From: Azolla caroliniana
Taxonomy: Eukaryota; Plantae; Polypodiophyta
DNA: 64,000 nucleotides
Direction of reading: 5' to 3'
Assembly (NCBI GenBank): GCA_043228905.1
Contig: JBHGNT010000020.1
Span: 6,386,001 to 6,450,000, forward strand
Shown in pieces: positions 11,571-22,185 of the stretch. Positions within the stretch are counted from its first letter, which is position 1, and each line of letters starts with the position of its first letter. A program made the position numbers and the translations under genes. Under the pieces are notes generated by a model, which was given only the letters and a program-made list of their open reading frames with translations, was not told the DNA's origin and did no database searches.

Positions 11571-14500
11571 ATGTCTTCAAAGAGAATCGAGCGCGAGGAC
11601 TCCAGGTAGGCCTCTGACACTGTGGACATTTTTGTAAATATGTTTCGTTTCTCAAGAACTCGATACGGCGTATCGAGTTCGTGTTTAAAGTGTAGGTTTT
11701 AAACACGAACTCGATACGCCGTATCGAGTTCGTGTTTAAAACCTACACTTTAACCATGAACTCGATACGGCGTATCGAGTTCATGTATACAATACAAATA
11801 TTTATACACGAACTCGATACGGCGTATCGAGTTCGTGTTTAAAACCTACACTTTAACCATGAACTCGATACGGCGTATCGAGTTCCGGTTTAAAGTGTAG
11901 GTTTTAAACACAAACTCGATACGCCGTATCGAGTCCCTGTATATAAGAAGGCTTTGAGAGAGAAAAATCGTTTATGGGGTGGAAATGATATCAAATTGTC
12001 TGGCAAAATCAGTCTTTTTTATGTTGACTTTACTTACTTTTAAAGAAATACATGCTCTAATTATAGGTGTTTTATGACCTACTTTAGCTTAAAATAGTAG
12101 AAAATGATCTACAAATTGCCTTCACTATGGCAAATTCTCCTCAATATAGGTTTAGAATCTATATAAGTCATACCTACTATTTAAAAGAATATATAACCCG
12201 TTTTACTTATTACGATATATATTTTCTAGGTTGAATAGCCCTGCCTATAATAGATTTTTGAATATGTTACTGCTCCTGGAAACTGTTCTTCATTATAATA
12301 TACAACTTCAATCTACGTGACTGTCTAACTTATGTTTTTGCATATACTTTCTTAAATAGGTCGTTTGAGAACCTGTCGGACCGACCCGTGAAGAAAATTA
12401 AGCTTCGCATACAAGGTTCTCCAATCGAAGCCCAGACCAAGGTAACTCCTGAGACCATGAAGAGAGGAAAAAAGCTTCTCTTTAACGAAGAGACAAAATC
12501 TCAGCCACATAGTGATGTTAGCCAAAAGAAACTTGTCGCCGCTACTGGAGGCGAAGACCTTCCTGACCGAGATCTAACGGACAAGGAATGGTGTATGCAA
12601 TATGTCGACTCAAAGAAAAAAGTCGTATTGTATACAACAAAGAAGAAGGGTGAGGGGCAGCTTGGAAAAGAAACCCCATTTATGTATGGCCGTATTCTAC
12701 GATTTGACTACGAAGATGCAGATTCGGCCAACATACTGGTAATGATAGAGTGCTCCAAGGGGGTACGTAAAGTGTTCCTTTCAGAAGACCTTTTAGTAAA
12801 GGAATCTTGTGGGCCTGAAGTGTTCAAAAAAGCACTTGATAACTCACAAAACCTGATTGTTACCTTGAGGCCTTATATACAAGGCCATGTAACTCTAAGA
12901 GATGAAGAGCCCTCCCTCTTGAAGGCCACAAAAAAGGTATCCAAAGTCCAGTCAAGACCAGCCAAGAAGAAGACAACGAAAATGTCGGATACGGATTCAA
13001 CAAGTGAAAATGAAGAAGAGGATAATAAGGGGACGCCAAGAGCCGAGCTGGCCTCGGGTGTCTTGTCATCCGAGCAGAATAAAATAAGGAGAGAGTTAAT
13101 GCAACGGAAGCTGGTTAGGAAAGGGCAAGTATTTAATTTGCCTATAACACACATCCATCGGCCCCCTATTGATGAAAAAACAGGTCGAAGACCACTTGAG
13201 ATTAGAGAGCCTCATCTCATGCATGTTCAAAATCTCAAGAAAAAAATGAAAATTAATCCTCATGCCACTGTGGTGCCTTTTATTGTTATGGTGGATCCTG
13301 AAGAATGTGAAACCATTGAAGATTTTGATATCAGAAAGCATGATCAATATAATTATTTTGTCATTGGTGGATCACATTCAGCAGAGGCACGTCGGCAACT
13401 TGTGAGAGAACATCCAACCACTTTCTTCTTCAAGTATGCCGAGTGCAAAATTTATGTTGGGCTCACAACCGAAGAGGCTAAGCTGTTGGCATGGGACCAT
13501 AATAATGATAATGACTATAGGCAGAAAATGTCGTCTATTGAGCGTATACGGTTCTTCCACCACGAGTATTTAGATGTGAAACAAAAGTTTGGTGTGAAGT
13601 TACATCCAGGCCTTCGACGTCAATGTCTGCATGAAGTCGGCATTGTGGTAGATGATAATGTTAGGTCCGATGGTCTTCGAAAGTATGAGTCTTGGTTTCA
13701 ATTGGCGTTTAGAGATGGAGAAGTATGGGACCTCCAAGATCAAATATTCTCAATGTGGGAGAATAAGGAGGTAAAGGGTCAACGACAAAAGAAATGTAGG
13801 GTTGACCCTCAACTAGAATTAAAGTCACAAGCCGCCAAGAAAATTGACTTGACAATTGAAGAAGCGGCAGACGACATGAAGCTGTCTCTATGGAGAGCAA
13901 TGCAAGGTATTAAGGATGAGCAGCTTCTTGTGTCGGTTTTGTCAAGGGTTGTGGCGAAAGATTTAAGCCTTGAAGAAATGGTCACTGAGTTCAATAAGTA
14001 AGTCTTTCAAATACTGAAATTGTAGTCTATCTGGTGTAATTCAAAGTTCTAATCTTGATTTCTAATTTTACAGTCATAAGGTGTACATGAAGATCCAAGA
14101 AGTTATGATGAAACAACTTGGATGTATAACTTGGGAACAAGTGACCGAGGATTATCCTCTAACGTCTTCGTATAAGGCGTTATCAGAGTATTTTATTGCA
14201 TTCAAGGATTGGGTTAGTATTCATGTTTTTTCATTACCCTTTCATCATATGTAGAGCTTGTATAATAATACCTGATGTCCTATTGCTTCTATTAAAAACC
14301 GTGTCGAGGCAAGAAACAAGGAGAAGTTAAGGATATACACGATTTCCCTACATCCTTCCTTGCACATCTCGAGCGAGCCAGAAAAGAAAAGGATCGTCGC
14401 TTAGTCAAGGCGTACGAAATGGAGGAAGATGGCTCGTTTAAAAAATTTAGCCACAAAAAAGATATTACGAGAGATCTTCACTACAATGTGGTTTGCGGTG

Positions 14501-15587
14501 ATGTCATCGACTTGATCCAAAAGGTGCCAAAGAAGGAATATACGCTAATGATTGCGGATATTCCTTACGGATTTCGAATGGCTGGGTCATCATATGACGA
14601 TGAACCGTTTAGGTTTAAACAATTGGAGAAGATGGTCAAGGATTTCGCTGAGCTAACGACCACATCCTTGTGGCGAATAGTTGTCTTTCATAGTATGGAC
14701 CAAGGGTACTCGGTAGCTCAAGCTTTGAGATCTCGTTGCCATGGCATCGAGAACCTTGCATGGTAAGGATTATTTATAGGTGTCTTTCATTATATTGCAA
14801 TTCTTAAGGTTGTTGAATCTATTCTTAACTCGATGAATTATTTTTTATAGGATCAAGACCAATGTAAATAGAGGGCCAACTTTTCGGTTCGTTAATGCCA
14901 TTGAATACATAACGGTTGGCTACTTCGATGAAATTAAAAAACAGAGAATCAAAGAGCATTCTAATGAAGTGGGAGGTTCAAATCTGTTGGTATATCCAGC
15001 AGTGACTCGGAAATTGCGACATGTCACCACGACAGAACGGGGACTTGTCAACCCATACCAAAAACCTCAACGATTTATGATGCGCTTGATCGAGATGTTT
15101 TCTGTCGAAGGAGACTGGATATTAGATCTCTTTTCTGGCACAGGTATTCCTCGAACTAGGGTACAATGATCTTGAGATAACCAATCACTTTTTTTTCGTT
15201 TGACAACTAAATCTTCTTGTTACTTACATCATAGGAACTACGTCAGCATGTGCATTGAAGCTGTTTAGAAATACAGTTGCATTGGAGAAGGACGAGGACC
15301 AAGTTATATTTATTAATATGCGGATTAAGGCTTTGTGGGAGTGCCCAGACCAGGATGAGGAGGTCGGTGCAAAGAACCTCGCCAATACAGAAAGGTTTCA
15401 ACCTGCTTCGCGAGAGCCTATTCCTCCGTTAGCCGGCGAACCGGGGGAGCTAATAGAGCTTGATGATGAGCTTATAGAAGATATTTCGTTGGCTCGGCTA
15501 ACAGGGGAAACCAATGCACGTATAGCCGAAGACAGTTCTACACAAGATGATGAAGAAAATGACGTTGATGAATTGATTGCTATGTAA
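11571..15587 (+). CDS. Six-exon gene: ParB/Srx-like domain fused to a beta-class N6-adenine/N4-cytosine DNA methyltransferase (~970 aa)
   Basis: Exons 11571-11605, 12360-13997, 14074-14212, ~14314-14762, 14851-15143, 15235-15587. GT-AG phases check out except for an uncertain intron-3 acceptor. Motifs: YFVIGGSHSAEA…LAWDHN (ParB-like); IADIPYG (motif IV); WIK…EYI; NPYQKP…LIEMFSVEGDWILDLFSGTG|TTSACA…ALEKD (motifs X, I, II). Confidence 0.85.
11656..11936. repeat. Array of six 25-bp palindromes GAACTCGATACG(G/C)CGTATCGAGTTC with 26-27-bp linkers, in intron 1 of the MTase gene
   Basis: Copies start at 11656, 11707, 11758, 11810, 11861 and 11912. Linkers are mostly GTGTTTAAAGTGTAGGTTTTAAACAC or its reverse complement. 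Confidence 0.97.
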
Positions 15588-17039
15588 TAGACTCTATAAA
15601 GAATATGACATTGACGATTTGTTAAGATTTCACATTATTAATACAAATTTTGGGTTTTACCTAGTGGATTCTATTCTTTATAATCATCTATATGTTTCAA
15701 TTTTATTTTTATATACTTGATTAGTAGATTTATGATATTGGTTTCACCGCGTGCATAGTTGACTACCAAACTTATGGAGAAACATGAACTAGCTTAAATG
15801 GAGGCTGATTTTGGTCCAAGCTAACCTTAACAGAACATGGCCCTATAATTGTTGCCATGACTATCCATGTTGTTATTATGGATCTTTGTCTTATATTGTT
15901 AAAACTATTATGTTTCTATTCCATTGCTGCTTAGATTGTGTAGTGTGTTGATAATGGTTCCAGTTGCGTTATCGTTCGGAGTTTGATCTTGTGTGAATCA
16001 CCTAAGCAATAGAGTAGATCAATTTTAAATACAGGTATGAAAGCCTAATAGGTTTCTTATTTCCACGACATTATCCTAAAGTTCACTGCCTTACATTGTG
16101 CACAATTATATTCACATATGGTTTGATCCCATATGAACAAACTGAGGAATAGATTAGATCAACTTTTAATATAAGTATTGAATACTTTAATAAGTTAGTT
16201 ATTCCAATCACTTATCCTAATGTGCACTATCCTACATTTTCCACAATTACATACATGCACGTATGGGTCAAAGTATAAATTATATCTCATTTTATTAGTA
16301 TGGATACAAGTACACCTCATATTTTTGTAAAACCTACCTAATTAATATAAGTCTTTAAGTTACTGTTTCCCTTGTCGCACAATAGTGCCATATTGAGCCA
16401 TAGTTGAACTTTATTATGCCTACATTAACCTATCAACATGTCTAAACTTGCATGATTTCTAATGATCTCCACTCGTAGATCTATCATGTATTTTTATATT
16501 TGCAAATTCTTATCAAGTTGAGGAACATGTGATACTAGTGCATCCAATTATTGTAGAGAGGGTGTATTTTCTTCGTTTTAAGAAGATTCTACAAGTGGAA
16601 TGCGCAATCCTTCCACTTGTGAACGCGAACGTGTTTGAACTATTTGGTATACCAAAATATTGTCTCCTTTATCTGAAATAGTTATACTAGTGTTTTTCGA
16701 TTGTAGTTGACCTTTAGTTGAACTGTTAGTGATGTCTGAAATTGAACTATTTGGTATACCAAAATCATATGATTTACTTCTATCAACCTCATCAACGCGA
16801 ACTTCAACAAACAATCTGTTCTTACCATCATTTGACATCTTCCATGTTAGCCACTGCACAACATCATGTGCATTTTGTAACTTAGCACCATTATTATCCA
16901 ACTGCTCACTTGTAAGGGCATGTTTGATCACAACCCCCGCGCCATCATGCTCTCCTTTTCCATGTCCAGACCCGAAGTAGTTCCATTAAATACGAATGTT
17001 GAATAAGGAGAAATACCTGCTTTTGTATCTCAGGTTTCC

Positions 17040-18560
17040 AACAAAATTAGTACTATGTTGTCAATCGAGAGTACTACACATCCATTAATACTGATTTAGT
17101 ACAAATACAAAACAAAGCATAGCACAACGTATCCATTGAGAACACTCTACTCTTATTAAAAGATAAATAGTACTATGTTGTCAACCATGTGAACTTGGCA
17201 TCCATTAATACTAATTTAGTATGGATACAACACAAAGCATAGTACAATGAATTCATGGAAAGCACTCTACATGAATTAACAGATAAATAGTACAAACTCT
17301 TCAATATCAGATAATACTATGTTGCTGACGACGAGTACTTTACATTCATTAATACTGATTTAGTACAGATACAATACACAATACAGTACAATGTGTCCAC
17401 GGAGTACACAACCCTCCTTAGAAGATAATTAGTACTACAACACATGAACTTTACATCCCCCAATAAACACTGATTTAGTATAGATACAACACATAGTACA
17501 ATACAGTGTGTTCATGGAGAACACTCAGCATGGATTAATAGATAAGTAGTACGAACTCTTCAATATAAGACAATACTATGAGTACAAGACATGTACTTTA
17601 CATCTTCCGATAATTACTGATTTAGTATAGATACAACACCAAGTACAATACAATGTGTTCATGGAGAACACTCAACATTGATTAATAGATAATTAGTACA
17701 AACTCTTCAATCTAGGACAATACTATGAGTAAAAGACATGTACTTTACATCCTTCGATAATCACTTCTTTAGTACAGATACAACACATAGTACAATACAA
17801 TGTCCATGGAAAACCCTCAACATGGATTAAAAGATAATTAGTACAATTCTCTTAAGGACGGTCAATACTATGAGTACAAGTTGAGTAAATACTGATTTAG
17901 TACAGATACAACACACAACATAGTACAATGTGTCTATGAAGAACACTTCACATGGATTAAAAGATGATTAGTACAATTCTCTTAAGGACGGACAATACTA
18001 TGAGTACAAGATGAGTACTTTACATCCTTTAGTAAATACTGATTTAGTACAAATACAACATACAACATAGTATAATGTGTCTATGGAGAACACTTCACAT
18101 GGATTAAAAGATAATTAGTACAATTCTCTTAAGGATGGACAATACTATGAGTACAAGACGAGTACTTTACATCCTTTTGTAAACACAACATAGTACAGAT
18201 ACAACACACAACATAGTACAATGTGTCTATGGAGAACACTTCACATGGATTAAAAGATAATTAGTACAATTCTCTTAAGGATAGACAATACTATGAGTAC
18301 AAGACGAGTACTTTACATCCTTATGTAAATATTGATTTAGTACAGATACAACACACAACATAGTACAATGTGTCTATGGAGAACACTTCACATGGATTAA
18401 AGATAATTAGTACAATTCTCTTAAGGACGGACAATACTATAGAATACAATACGAGTACTTTACATCCTTCTGTAAACACAACATAGTACAGATACAACAC
18501 ACAACATAGTACAATGTGTCTATGGAGAACACTTCACATGGATTAAAAGATAATAAACAC
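17040..18560. repeat. Intronic tandem repeat (~130-150-bp unit, AGTAC-rich) within the Sola2-like transposase gene
   Basis: tagtacagatacaacacacaacatagtacaatgtgtctatggagaacacttcacatggattaaaagataattagtacaattctcttaagg repeats several times. Confidence 0.9.
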
Positions 18561-19188
18561 AGATTCACGTGACAGGATAGGACTATTTGATCAATCAAGA
18601 ATAGTTAACTTAGTTACAAACAAAATTAGTATGCATGCATCCATGTGAATAGTGTTGTGTTCGAATAGTTACAAACATAATTAGTATGCATCCATGTGAA
18701 TAGTATTGTGTGTGAATAGTTACAAACATAATTAGTATGCATGCACTAACACAAGAATTACTTCCTTACACATTGCATGATAAGTACTAAACATATGGAT
18801 TAAAAATTACCTGGCGATAAAGTAGAACGATCATGCCGCCTTAAACTGCGAGGCAACACCATCAGACCAAACCCAATGACGGTTAAAGGTTAACCCTAGA
18901 GACAATAAATCTGCATGGTGAAGCTTAAAACAATGTTGAACAAATAGTGTATCATGCTTTTTATCATCTGAAATGTTAAATATTGATTTCTTATGTAACT
19001 CACCGTCTTGCCTCCAATAGCAAATATGTACAAGTATTGTACATTGAACATTGTACCAATGCATTGATTGAACCTCATTTTGAACTTTAAATGTATAGTT
19101 TTTTGCAAAGTCAATAATGGATACGATGACACCCGTTGGTAAGTTATTAATACATTCCTTGAACTGTGAATTTTGCCAATAACTCCGG

Positions 19189-22185
19189 TGTCGTGCCTTT
19201 CGGCTCCGGATCGTTTGCGTGAGTCGGGTGGGAACCGCCGAGGTTTTGGACTAGGAGGAGGAAGAATTTGAGACTATTATAATTATGAGTAGATTATTAG
19301 AAACTTGTGAATCCCACAAGTATAATGTATTTTATTGATTAATATTTATGTAAGAATATGTATTTAGATTGATAGAGATAGATTATCTTAAACTTCGTGA
19401 ATCCCACGAGTATATTTTATTGATTGTTGGTGTTTTAGGAAAGATATCCAATTTCCCAAATATTTTTCACACACTCTAAAAATGCACGATTTACCTTTTA
19501 ATAAAGGTAGGTGCAAATAAAGCACTTATAGTTATTAAATCTATTTGTAGGACACTAAAGATAAGGTAGCATAATGGTAAAGTTGAGGTTTGGCTATGTG
19601 GAGGTACAAGGTTCAAATCTTGCCCTATGCACGTGATAAATATTTTGATATTCTTATTTTATTTATTTATATGTAATTAAATCATTTATATTATTTTTAC
19701 TTTTTCACGTAGTGTACGAAATACACTACGACACTCGCCCCCTCCGAACCCGCACATCCTCCGGTATGTGCCGAAGTTGCCGATGCTCGTTGTCTCCCCT
19801 TCATCCTCCGTTTGTCCCGCTATGTCAACTTTGTCTCTCCATTTTGAGTAGACCCATTCTTTCCACCCGAACCATTGTCGCCATCCGATCCACCATATTC
19901 TTTGTTCTCTCTCGTCATATTCTTGGCCCTTGTCATTCGTGGTAGTGTCTTTTACTGGCCTCTTTCTTGTCTTCATCAACCTTGACTTTTTTCCGGATCG
20001 CTCTCGTCCGATCGACTTTCGGTTTGATCGGCTTCCGATCGGATTCGTATTCGGCCGAATCGGAATCGGTTGTTCGGTTTCGATTGAGTCGGTCTCCTTC
20101 CGGCCCGGTTTCGATCTATCGGTTTCGGTTTCGGTTGGCTTTCTTTTCCTCGTTTTCACCAGCCTCGACCGGTCCAACCTCCGGTTGAGTCGGATTAGCT
20201 TCTTTTCGGATCGGTTTCGTCCGATCGGCTTTCGGCTAGGTCGGCTTCCATCCATATTCGCGTTCGGCCAAGTCAGACTCAGTTGATCGGTTTTGACCGA
20301 GTCGACCCCTTTTCGGGTCGGCTTTCTTTCGGATCGGAATCCCGTCCGGATCACCTTCCATCCAAACCGGCTTCCGACTTTACCTTTCTTGCTGCCACCT
20401 CCCGTCTCTCCGGTCTCACGTTGGTTCTCGGACACAACTGCCGAAGTCTCTAGAATTAGTGGGTAGGAATCCTCGGTATTATCATCCTCCATTGTTTCAC
20501 CCATAGCCATATTCTCGGCTATCTCTCCGTCGTATGCATCGACTTCGACCTTTGTTTTCTCTCCGCCACCTTCCGTCTCTTCGGTCTCACGTTGCCTTTC
20601 GAACGCAACCGCCGGAGTCTCTAGAATTAGTGGTGGGGAAGTCTCGATATGGCCATCCGTCGTTGATTCGTCCATAGCCACCTTCAATTCGATGTCATCT
20701 TTCATGGTGACCTCCTCAATCAAGTCCTCTTTGCTCTCTTTCACTGCATCAATTATGCTTACCCCTTTTTCACCCGATGTTTCGGACACTTGTATTCTGA
20801 AATCTTCTTCTATACTTGGGTTATCGGCCTTATCCTTTGTCGTTGTTCTTTCGCAAGACAAGAGGGTAGCTTGTTTTACACCCTCTTCCGTCGGACCATC
20901 ATGTTGTATTTTGGCCTTCATATCGGCTCCATCGTTTGTCTTCAATCGACCATCCTTCATCGGCCATGTCGTTGACAAGATTCTCATCTTCCTCTCATCA
21001 TGTCTCCGGCATACCCTTTGGACTTCGGCCCAATTTTCGGTAAGACCATTCATACCGTCATCGTCTTCGAGTTCGATCCCGATGTCCATCCTTTCTTTTC
21101 GATCGATTGATTTTACAAACATTAGGACTTTATCCTCCCCCACCAATCGTTGTTCCCGCTCCGAGAGTCGAGCAAGACGATGCTCGAACTCTAGGAATGC
21201 TTGTGTTGCACTTCGGTGGGTCTTCTCCGATGCCACCCATTCGTCGAATTCTCGCCGATCTTTTCCCTTCGATCTCTTGTAAGCATATGCCTCTCGTAAA
21301 GCTTCTTCGAAGGACCCCCATGTCGAGTTTTGTTGCCGTATCTTGTGGATTCTCTCTTGTAGCTCATCCGTGGCCACCCGATTGAAGGATGTCACTTGCA
21401 ATCCTTCCGGTATCCCACATCGTATCATCTCCGCCTTGTAGTCACGTAGATAGCGTGACACATCGTTTCCGTTGAATTGTCCGTTTCGTTGTACGAGCCG
21501 CTTTACTGCCCCCGTGATCTCCGACATCACTCGTTGTTCTTGTAGCATCCGCTCGAACATCATCATCATCGTTATGCTCATTGCCTCTTGTTGATTCTCC
21601 ATCTCCTTGCCACCCGCCTTCGCGTCGGGTTCACCAACTGTGTCGTGCCTTTCGGCTCCGGATCGTTTGCGTGAGTCGGGTGGGAACCGCCGAGGTTTTG
21701 GACTAGGAGGAGGAAGAATTTGAGACTATTATAATTATGAGTAGATTATTAGAAACTTGTGAATCCCACAAGTATAATGTATTTTATTGATTAATATTTA
21801 TGTAAGAATATGTATTTAGATTGATAGAGATAGATTATCTTAAACTTCGTGAATCCCACGAGTATATTTTATTGATTGTTGGTGTTTTAGGAAAGATATC
21901 CAATTTCCCAAATATTTTTCACACACTCTAAAAATGCACGATTTACCTTTTAATAAAGGTAGGTGCAAATAAAGCACTTATAGTTATTAAATCTATTTGT
22001 AGGACACTAAAGATAAGGTAGCATAATGGTAAAGTTGAGGTTTGGCTATGTGGAGGTACAAGGTTCAAATCTTGCCCTATGCACGTGATAAATATTTTGA
22101 TATTCTTATTTTATTTATTTATATGTAATTAAATCATTTATATTATTTTTACTTTTTCACGTAGTGTACGAAATACACTACGACA
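19189..22185 (-). mobile_element. Young 3.0-kb non-autonomous (gag-only) LTR retroelement
   Basis: 545-bp LTRs at 19189-19733 and 21641-22185 (TGTCGT…ACGACA; no differences seen by eye). TSD CCGG. PBS TGGTGAACCCGACGCGAA (tRNA-Trp-like). PPT GGAGGGGGCGAG. No pol. Confidence 0.93.
19686..21602 (-). CDS. Gag-like protein with long acidic/basic low-complexity tail (638 aa)
   Basis: Uninterrupted ORF. Its N-terminus FNGNDVSRYLRDYKAEM resembles the degenerate gag of the gypsy at ~33015 (FDGRDVTRYLETYKTEM). It ends inside the 3' LTR. Confidence 0.75.
   Translation of the reverse strand: MENQQEAMSITMMMMFERMLQEQRVMSEITGAVKRLVQRNGQFNGNDVSRYLRDYKAEMIRCGIPEGLQVTSFNRVATDELQERIHKIRQQNSTWGSFEEALREAYAYKRSKGKDRREFDEWVASEKTHRSATQAFLEFEHRLARLSEREQRLVGEDKVLMFVKSIDRKERMDIGIELEDDDGMNGLTENWAEVQRVCRRHDERKMRILSTTWPMKDGRLKTNDGADMKAKIQHDGPTEEGVKQATLLSCERTTTKDKADNPSIEEDFRIQVSETSGEKGVSIIDAVKESKEDLIEEVTMKDDIELKVAMDESTTDGHIETSPPLILETPAVAFERQRETEETEGGGEKTKVEVDAYDGEIAENMAMGETMEDDNTEDSYPLILETSAVVSENQRETGETGGGSKKGKVGSRFGWKVIRTGFRSERKPTRKGVDSVKTDQLSLTWPNANMDGSRPSRKPIGRNRSEKKLIRLNRRLDRSRLVKTRKRKPTETETDRSKPGRKETDSIETEQPIPIRPNTNPIGSRSNRKSIGRERSGKKSRLMKTRKRPVKDTTTNDKGQEYDEREQRIWWIGWRQWFGWKEWVYSKWRDKVDIAGQTEDEGETTSIGNFGTYRRMCGFGGGECRSVFRTLREKVKII

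Larger units (their letters stand above)
7609..16635. mobile_element. 9.0-kb two-gene DNA transposon (DUF7869/Sola1-like) carrying a ParB-like/amino-methyltransferase gene
   Basis: TIR AACACGTTCGCATTCACAAGTGGAAGGATCGCGCAT (7609-7644) and the inverted copy at 16600-16635 match 34/36. TSD TGAA at 7605-7608 and 16636-16639. The reconstructed empty site (aaattgaactatttggtatacc) matches an uninterrupted neighbouring repeat copy at ~16739-16760. Confidence 0.92.

Noticed and set aside
11656-11936. CRISPR array (palindromic repeats with similar-length spacers)
   Set aside because: Four of the five linkers are copies or inversions of one sequence, there are no cas genes, and the array lies in a spliceosomal intron.
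13355-13400. DndB/DGQHR phosphorothioation system
   Set aside because: The motif is GGSHS, not DGQHR, and no other dnd/ssp genes are present.
11571-15587. Bacterial or phage contamination as the source of the MTase
   Set aside because: The gene has phase-consistent GT-AG introns and lies inside TIR/TSD-bounded elements nested in plant retrotransposons.
7553-16762. ~60-bp direct repeat at 7553-7608 and 16693-16747 as LTRs or direct termini
   Set aside because: It is a pre-existing tandem repeat of the outer element that was split by the inner transposon.
19558-19632. Functional tRNA gene
   Set aside because: Only the A/B boxes and T-arm are recognisable, with no convincing acceptor or anticodon stems; it is part of an LTR.
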